NCBI GenBank assembly: GCA_050247355.1
Contig: JBFWUK010000011.1
Location: 68,847 to 132,846 of the forward strand
Direction of reading: 5' to 3'
Length of the DNA stretch: 64,000 bases
Source of the DNA: Vicinamibacterales bacterium
GTDB lineage: Bacteria > Acidobacteriota > Vicinamibacteria > Vicinamibacterales > UBA2999
Part shown: in pieces, positions 57,844 to 64,000 of the stretch
Layout: each line of letters begins with the position of its first letter
How positions within the stretch are numbered: the stretch's first letter is position 1
Program-made: the position numbers and the translations under genes
The notes under the pieces: model-generated
The model's database searches: none
The model's input: only the letters and a program-made list of their open reading frames with translations
What the model was told of the DNA's origin: nothing

Positions 57844-58134
57844 ATGTCTGTATCGCTGACGCCTCGCGAGCGCGCCCACCTCAAGGCACGCGCGCACGCC
57901 CTCGAACCCAAGGTGATGGTCGGCCACGGCGGGCTGACGCCGGCGGTCATTGCCGAGATCGATCGCGCCCTGACTGCGCACGAGCTGATCAAGGTGAAGA
58001 TCCTGGGCGACGACCGCGAGGCCCGCGAAACCATCGGCGACGAGATCTGCGCGGCCACCGATGCGGCGCCGGTTCAGCGCGTGGGCAAGATCATCGCGCT
58101 GTGGCGGCCGAAGCCAGCCCCCGTCAAGGAGTGA
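57844..58134 (+). CDS. yhbY: YhbY/CRM-domain RNA-binding protein
   Basis: LTPRERAHLKARAHALEP..VGHGGLT...HELIKVK...VQRVGK. Confidence 0.93.
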   Translation: MSVSLTPRERAHLKARAHALEPKVMVGHGGLTPAVIAEIDRALTAHELIKVKILGDDREARETIGDEICAATDAAPVQRVGKIIALWRPKPAPVKE

Positions 58135-58253
58135 CGCCCCGTCGAGTAGTTCCGCCCCGTCAAGCAGTTCCGCCCCGTCAAGCAGTTCCGCCCCGTCAAG
58201 CAGTTCCACCCCGTCAAGCAGTTCCGCCCCGTCAAGCAGTTCCGCCCCGTCAG
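58119..58253. repeat. 18-bp tandem array (CCCCGTCAAGCAGTTCCG, 8 cores)
   Basis: Cores at 58119, 58137, 58155, 58173, 58191, 58209, 58227 and 58245; inverted relative to the 57660 array. Confidence 0.9.
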
Positions 58254-60637
58254 AGTCTGAACAGGTAGCTGACCTTCAGGAAGAAGCCGTCAACGGTCCG
58301 CTTCAGCCGGGCCGTCCGCGGATCCTCATCCACATTCGCCAGCGTGTTGCCGTAGCCCGCGAACACCACCGTGCCCGGCGTCGGCTGGTACGAGAACAGC
58401 CAGTCGGCGCGGAACGACTTCGTGTAGGTCTTCGCCGCGCGGTCGAAACCACCCGCCGCATTGCGGATGTAGATCGGCAGGTTGGTCCGCGAATCGTCGC
58501 GCAGATCGTCCTGCCAGTCGCTGTTGTACTCGCCGACCATGCGGACGAAGATCGACCGCGACAACTGGTACTCCGCCTTCAGCCGCGGAATACGGCGGAT
58601 GCCGACAATCGAGCCGTCCGTGCGGCGGCGGAACGACTGCAGTTGATAGCGGGCGTCCACGCGCAGCTTGTCGGTAGGTTTCCACGCCGCGCCGACATTG
58701 AGAAAAATGATGTCGGCCGACGACCACTCGTAGAAGTTCTCGTCCTTGCCCCACAGCACCAGCGCGTCGAACTCGACTCCGGCGCGCTGCGGCGTGGTGG
58801 CCGAGAACACGTAGTCGAGATTGGGCAGCCGCGGCGTGCCGACGAACGGCTCGAACTCCAGGCCGCTCGCGCCCTGCCGGCCCAGGAGATAGTTGGTGTA
58901 GAGGCCCTGGTCGTAGCCGAAGGTTTCGAACAACACCGAGCCGCCGACGCGCCAGCCGCCGCGCAGGGTGAAGTTGTTGTTGAAGTGCAGCTTGCGATCC
59001 TGAGACGACCGCCCGGCCATCAGCTCGTCGTACTGCCAGGTACCGTCGACCACCACGTCGCTGCTCCACCGCTCGAGCACGCTGCCGGGCTTGCCGTACG
59101 TGATCACCGCGTGATTGAAGTTGCCCGAGGCAATACCGGTGCGCGAGATGAAGCCGGCGGCGGCGCGGAAATCGGGGTCGACGCCGCGCACCGTATAGCG
59201 CATGGCGAAGCGGCGCCCGGTACGGGCAAACACACCTTGCCACAGTGGTGCGGTGACGATCGCCGCGGGCGAGGCGGTGCGGCTGACCGCGCCCTGCAGC
59301 GTCAGGCTGTAGATGTCTTTCCAGATGAACCGGGCATCGCTGCCGATGACGCGGTTGGACCGACCGCCGTCGATGCGATCGGTGTAGACCAGCGCCGCCT
59401 TCGAGCGGGCGCCGACGTCCTGCTGCACGCGCAGGATGTTGAAGACAGGATAGTCGTCGCCGCTGAACGACAGCGACTGGTCGTCAACCGCCGACAAGTA
59501 CGCAAGATTCGTGCGGCCGGTGATCTTGCCGGTGACCTTGGCCGCGGCCAGCGGCGCCACCACGCGCCGGGTGTAGATCAGGTTGTTCGGCGTCGCGAAC
59601 TGCTCGATGCCGTCGAGGAAGAACGGCCGCTTCTCTGGAAAGAACAGCGCCTGCCGCGGATCGAAACTGAACTGGCCGGCGTCCGACTCGACCTGCGAGA
59701 AATCCGGGTTCACCGTGCCGTTCATGGTCAGGTTGGGCGTGATGCCCCAGCGCAGGTTCATGCCGAACTCGGGACGCGACGCGTCGTAACTCCAGCCGCT
59801 CGCGCTGTCCTGGCCATCCAGGCGGGTCGTGCCCACGGGGTTGAGGTCGAGCACCAGGCCGCGGCGCAGGTCGGTCAGCGACTTCAGCTTGCCGGCCTGC
59901 GCCAGGAACGACGAGCCTTCGCGCTTTGCCGGCGCCCAGCTGTCCTCGACGCCGCGCTGCGGAATGACGCGGGTGACGTGAATGCCCCAATCCTGCTGCG
60001 CCGACGACTGGTAGCGCACGCTCTTGAACGGAATGCGAATCTCGACTTCGTAGCCGTCGCCGGTGAGCCGGCCCTTTGACTGGAAAACGTAGTCGGGTGT
60101 GAGGTCGGGCGACTCGCGGCCCTGCGTCAGGCCGGTGAAGCCGCCGCCGCTGCCGCGCGTGCCTTCCGACAAGGCGCCATCGAGCTGCACCCCGAGGGGG
60201 TTGACGCCGAACACGAACGCCTGGCGGCCGTCGTTGTAGGTGCTGAGGAAGATGATGATGTGATCGTCCGACTGGATGCGATCGCGATCCGCCAGCGTGG
60301 CCCGCACCGAGCCGGCCGGCGCCGATGCGCGAACCCCGAAGTGCATGGCGGTTGGCGAATACCACACCAGCACGTCGGTGGCGTGGTCGGCCGGCTCGCC
60401 GTCGACCGGCGCATAGCGCGAGAACCCGCCGAGCACGGCCGCCTGCGCCCACACCGCCTCGGTCAGCTGGCCATCGACCTCGATCGACTCGTCCACCCGC
60501 GGCGGCACCACGTCGAGGCTGCCGAAGCGGCCATCGTAGATGCGGGTCATGCCCGGAGCGCTGGCCGGAGCCAGCGGTTGCGCCAGGGCGGGAACAGACG
60601 CGGCTATCGCCGCGAAGAAGACGAGAAACGCATGCAT
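58250..60637 (-). CDS. CBM9-like plus DUF5916 outer-membrane protein
   Basis: VDGQLTEAVW, NPDFSQVESD, FFPEKRPFFL, KVSYLFRL. Confidence 0.85.
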   Translation of the reverse strand: MHAFLVFFAAIAASVPALAQPLAPASAPGMTRIYDGRFGSLDVVPPRVDESIEVDGQLTEAVWAQAAVLGGFSRYAPVDGEPADHATDVLVWYSPTAMHFGVRASAPAGSVRATLADRDRIQSDDHIIIFLSTYNDGRQAFVFGVNPLGVQLDGALSEGTRGSGGGFTGLTQGRESPDLTPDYVFQSKGRLTGDGYEVEIRIPFKSVRYQSSAQQDWGIHVTRVIPQRGVEDSWAPAKREGSSFLAQAGKLKSLTDLRRGLVLDLNPVGTTRLDGQDSASGWSYDASRPEFGMNLRWGITPNLTMNGTVNPDFSQVESDAGQFSFDPRQALFFPEKRPFFLDGIEQFATPNNLIYTRRVVAPLAAAKVTGKITGRTNLAYLSAVDDQSLSFSGDDYPVFNILRVQQDVGARSKAALVYTDRIDGGRSNRVIGSDARFIWKDIYSLTLQGAVSRTASPAAIVTAPLWQGVFARTGRRFAMRYTVRGVDPDFRAAAGFISRTGIASGNFNHAVITYGKPGSVLERWSSDVVVDGTWQYDELMAGRSSQDRKLHFNNNFTLRGGWRVGGSVLFETFGYDQGLYTNYLLGRQGASGLEFEPFVGTPRLPNLDYVFSATTPQRAGVEFDALVLWGKDENFYEWSSADIIFLNVGAAWKPTDKLRVDARYQLQSFRRRTDGSIVGIRRIPRLKAEYQLSRSIFVRMVGEYNSDWQDDLRDDSRTNLPIYIRNAAGGFDRAAKTYTKSFRADWLFSYQPTPGTVVFAGYGNTLANVDEDPRTARLKRTVDGFFLKVSYLFRL

Positions 60638-60713
60638 GAGGTGCTACGACGATAGCATGCGCTCTCGATCTGGGACGGGGAGTGGTACCGATAGCCGCGG
60701 GACGGCAGCAGCC

Positions 60714-61493
60714 TCACCCCCTGGCCGCCAACCACCGCAAGAACTGATCGACGCCGGAAATGCCGTCGAGCTTGTGAGTGGCCGCGGTGGGCCGCAAACC
60801 TACCAGCACGCTGATGCCGTTGGTGATCGCCCTGAACGCATCCTCGTCCGTGATGTCGTCGCCCAGGTACGCCACCCACGACGCCCGACCCGTCCGCGCC
60901 TCCACATCCGCCGCAATCCAGCGCGTGGCATCGCCCTTGTGCCCGTTGATGTTCGGCAGGTATTCGACGACGGCGTTGCCATCGAGTCGGCGGACGAGAC
61001 GCTCGGCAATCCAGGGCACGGCCAGGATGTCGGCCCGCGCGAACACCGCCTCGTGCTGCTCGGGTGGCACGCCCCGGGCATGCACCGCCACGCTGGCGCC
61101 TTTGTCTTCAATCAGCGTGCCCGGGACCTCGAACGCCAGGCGGCTGAGGGCCGCCGCCAGCCCGTCCACGCGTTGCGCCGCGGCGCTCAAGTCGGGATGC
61201 GCCGACCTCCGGCCCTCGATCTCGATCTCCAGGCCGTGGAGGCCGGCGTGGTAGATGTGATCAGGCAAACAGGTACGGGCGCGCAGGTCGTCCAGGCGGC
61301 GGCCACTGACAATCCCGACCGTCACATGCGGCTGCTGCGAGATGCGTTCGAGGCAGTCCCGGCGGGCGGGCGTCAGTTGTGGTGCTGCCGGATCGGGGTT
61401 GAACTCGGCAAGGGTCCCATCGAAGTCCAGCAGGAGAATGAAGGCACTGTCGGCAGGGCGGCCGGCGACCGCGGCCTGCACTTCATCTAACAC
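60714..61493 (-). CDS. otsB: Trehalose-6-phosphate phosphatase (HAD family)
   Basis: LLLDFDGTL, IVSGR, AGLHGLE, IEDKG..VAVH, HKG, YLGDDITDEDAF. Confidence 0.92.
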   Translation of the reverse strand: MLDEVQAAVAGRPADSAFILLLDFDGTLAEFNPDPAAPQLTPARRDCLERISQQPHVTVGIVSGRRLDDLRARTCLPDHIYHAGLHGLEIEIEGRRSAHPDLSAAAQRVDGLAAALSRLAFEVPGTLIEDKGASVAVHARGVPPEQHEAVFARADILAVPWIAERLVRRLDGNAVVEYLPNINGHKGDATRWIAADVEARTGRASWVAYLGDDITDEDAFRAITNGISVLVGLRPTAATHKLDGISGVDQFLRWLAARG

Positions 61494-61497
61494 CCCT

Positions 61498-63021
61498 TCA
61501 TTGTGCCGGGAAAAGCACTCCGGATGCGAGTCGGCCATGCGGATCAAGGCTGAGCTTGAGGGCGCGCATGCCGTCAATGCCGGCTGAGCCATACAGCCGC
61601 CTCAGCAGTTCCTGCTTGATTGGATTGCGCCCCACGCCGTGTTCCGCGAGCGGGCTGCCGCCCATGGCGATCACCGCATCGCCCAGCGCCAGCACCGCCT
61701 CCTGCCCCTTCTGCACGTCATCGGCGCTCCTGGGGATCACGTTGGGATGCACGTTGCCGTCGGAGATGTGTCCCCACACCGCCAGATCGAGGTCGCGCTC
61801 GGCGAACAGCCGCCGGCACACGCGCATCATCTCGGCGAAATGCTCGAAGGGAACAATCATGTCGGCCGCCGTCTTGTAGATCCGCGAGTCGATCCTTTGC
61901 TGCGCCAGGGCGACGCGGCGATTGACGCCCGCGGGCACGGCCTCGCGCAACTCCGCGAAAGCTGCCGCACGCGACCGGTTGCCCGGCAGCGCGATCTCCG
62001 CATCGTCCAGGGCGCCGTGGCGATCGAGCAGCGCGCAAAAGCGCCGGAGCGGTGCATCGGCGGCGTCAAGGTCGCGCGCAGATTCCAGTTGCTGCCACAA
62101 GTCGGCATCAGCGGCCGCAGCCGGCAGTTCGATCTCGACCAGCAGGAGAATGCCGGTTCCCGACGGCAGGGCGATCTCGAGCTTGCGGTCGATGCCATCT
62201 TCGCGAACGACGGCAATCGATCGCGCGTCGATGTGCTCGATGGCTGACACGTCGATGCCGTGCGGGTCGCGCGCGCGCCAGGTCTGCCGGGCGGCGGTCC
62301 GCAGCTCCCCGGCCAGCCGAATGCCCGTTTCTTCGTCGGCGACCGGCACCAGCGCGTTACACCTGGCCGCGGGTCGCGCGGCGGTACGAAACACCACGTC
62401 GGTGATGATGCCAAGCGTGCCTTCGGCGCCAATGAACAGGTCCACCAGATCCATCTCCGGCGAGATGCAGTACCCGGCCGAACACTTCGGCACATCCGGC
62501 ATCCGCAGCGCCGGCAGCGACACCAGGCTCGAGGCGAGCCGGAGGCCGCGCGTCAATTCCAGCACGTCGCCGTTGGCCAGGACCACGGTCAGGCCATCGA
62601 CCCATGGGCGAACAGTGCCGTACTTGAACGTGGCCGCGCCGGCCGCGCAGGTGGCGACGGCGCCTCCCGCCGTGGCACCGAGATAGGTCGGCACGGGTGG
62701 CAGCCACCGGCCCACGGCGGCCAGTTCATCCTGAACGGCCTGCAGCGTGACGCCGGCACCGGCGCGCACCCGCTCGCCGTCGATCTGCAACGCGGTCAAT
62801 CGCTCGGTGCTCAACACGACGTCGCCGAACGGCGTCGCTCCCCCGGTCAGCGAAGATTGGGCGCCGACGACGAGGACTCGGTCGAGCGAGCCACGCAGCA
62901 CGTCCGACACTTCCGCCACCGTGCGCGGTCGCACCACGCCTGCAGCATGTCCGCCAGGGAAATGCGCCGCGTCGTGGAGGAAACGCTCGATAAGGTCTGG
63001 GCTGCGCTCGATGGGTGTCAC
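61498..63021 (-). CDS. FAD-linked oxidase (GlcD / D-lactate dehydrogenase family)
   Basis: GAQSSLTGGATP, FKYG, FIGAEGTLGII, WGHISDGNVH, AEHGVG. Confidence 0.9.
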   Translation of the reverse strand: MTPIERSPDLIERFLHDAAHFPGGHAAGVVRPRTVAEVSDVLRGSLDRVLVVGAQSSLTGGATPFGDVVLSTERLTALQIDGERVRAGAGVTLQAVQDELAAVGRWLPPVPTYLGATAGGAVATCAAGAATFKYGTVRPWVDGLTVVLANGDVLELTRGLRLASSLVSLPALRMPDVPKCSAGYCISPEMDLVDLFIGAEGTLGIITDVVFRTAARPAARCNALVPVADEETGIRLAGELRTAARQTWRARDPHGIDVSAIEHIDARSIAVVREDGIDRKLEIALPSGTGILLLVEIELPAAAADADLWQQLESARDLDAADAPLRRFCALLDRHGALDDAEIALPGNRSRAAAFAELREAVPAGVNRRVALAQQRIDSRIYKTAADMIVPFEHFAEMMRVCRRLFAERDLDLAVWGHISDGNVHPNVIPRSADDVQKGQEAVLALGDAVIAMGGSPLAEHGVGRNPIKQELLRRLYGSAGIDGMRALKLSLDPHGRLASGVLFPAQ

Positions 63022-63119
63022 CGATAGTGATTGTACCGCCCGGCCTCGCCCCTGCTTTCGTCACCATCAAACGCACGCACCCGATAGCGGACCAGCGGCG
63101 ATGGCCGCAGAATGGGCGC

Positions 63120-64000
63120 ATGCTGCAGGACCTCTCCCGCGACCTTCGATACGCCGTGCGCGCGCTCACCGCCGCGCCGGCGTTTGCCATTGTCGCCATC
63201 CTGACCCTGGGGCTGGGCGTCGGCGCAAACACGGCCATCTTCAGCGTGATCAACAGCCTGTTGCTGCAGCCCCTGCCTTATCCAGACCCCGAGCGTTTGC
63301 TGTTCGTAGACGGCGCCCTGACCAGGCCCGAAGGCGAGGTCAGCTTCCAGCTGTCGTACCCGGACGTGCGGGACATTGCCAACGAGTCGCGCACGATCGC
63401 CGCGGCTGCCCCGTGGACCAACAACTGGGGGCTGGCGCTCGAAGGCAGCGACGGCGCGCAGCGGCTCGAAGCCAACTTCGTCGGAAGCAACTACTTTGGG
63501 GTCCTCGGCGGCGTACCGCTGATGGGGCGAGTGTTCAGCGAAACCGACCACGCGCTTGGGGCCGACGGCACGCTGGTGGCGATCCTGAGCGAAGGCACGT
63601 GGCGGCAGCAGTTCGGCGCCGATCCGGCAATTGTCGGCCGCGACGTGCGGTTGCAGAATCGCGTATTCACGATCGTCGGCGTCATGCCCGGTTCGTTTCA
63701 CGATGCGGCGGCCAGCCAGGGCTCGCGCATCGGCGTCTGGGTGCCAATCGAGCGGGCGCCGGAAATCTTCGGCGTGGTCGACCTGTCGGCTCGCGCCAGC
63801 CGGATGATGTGGGTGGTGGCGCGGCTCGCTCCGGGCGCCTCGGTCGCGTCGGCGCAGGCCGAACTGGCGGCCCTGGGCGCTCAGATCGCCGCCGCCAACC
63901 CGGCCACCAACGCGAACTTTTCCTACAAGGCGGCAGCTTTCGACAGCACCTTCTTCGCCGATGCGCGGCAACCCCTGTGGCTGCTGCTGGCAGGATCGGT
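63120..64000 (+). CDS. ADOP/MacB-like ABC transporter permease (3' truncated by window edge)
   Basis: Manual translation gives MLQDLSRDLRYAVRAL...AILTLGLGVGANTAIFSVINSLLLQPLPYPDPERL; absent from the ORF track because it has no stop in the window. Confidence 0.9.
   Translation, partial: MLQDLSRDLRYAVRALTAAPAFAIVAILTLGLGVGANTAIFSVINSLLLQPLPYPDPERLLFVDGALTRPEGEVSFQLSYPDVRDIANESRTIAAAAPWTNNWGLALEGSDGAQRLEANFVGSNYFGVLGGVPLMGRVFSETDHALGADGTLVAILSEGTWRQQFGADPAIVGRDVRLQNRVFTIVGVMPGSFHDAAASQGSRIGVWVPIERAPEIFGVVDLSARASRMMWVVARLAPGASVASAQAELAALGAQIAAANPATNANFSYKAAAFDSTFFADARQPLWLLLAGS

Noticed and set aside
57080-58253. Repeat arrays as CRISPR
   Set aside because: The 18-bp units are directly tandem with no unique spacers, and no cas genes are present in the window.

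Overview
High-GC, gene-dense bacterial window. Gene content (ADOP-type ABC permease, BlaI/M56, CBM9-DUF5916 proteins, PD40 amidohydrolase, M14 peptidases, HEAT-repeat/ECF operon) suggests Acidobacteriota, Vicinamibacteria-like; this is inference. About 50 CDS are supported. No rRNA, tRNA, CRISPR or intact mobile element was recognised. Family calls come from motifs recalled from memory, not from database searches. The strongest candidate for an undescribed system is 16.6-21.7 kb: a glycosyltransferase closely matching eukaryotic ALG1 (GT33) motifs sits head-to-head with a WecA/GPT-type GlcNAc-1-P transferase, followed by an ALG11-like glycosyltransferase and a PglK/HetA-like ABC exporter, suggesting a eukaryote-like lipid-linked oligosaccharide module. 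The second candidate (28.4-32.3 kb) is a POTRA-less Omp85 barrel, a signal-peptide-bearing HipA/PI3K-like kinase and a PAP2 phosphatase. The window also carries many palindromic repeat families: 18-bp-period arrays, REP-like hairpins, a truncated RAYT transposase, and repeats embedded in frame in signal peptides. Many genes appear to have leaderless promoters.
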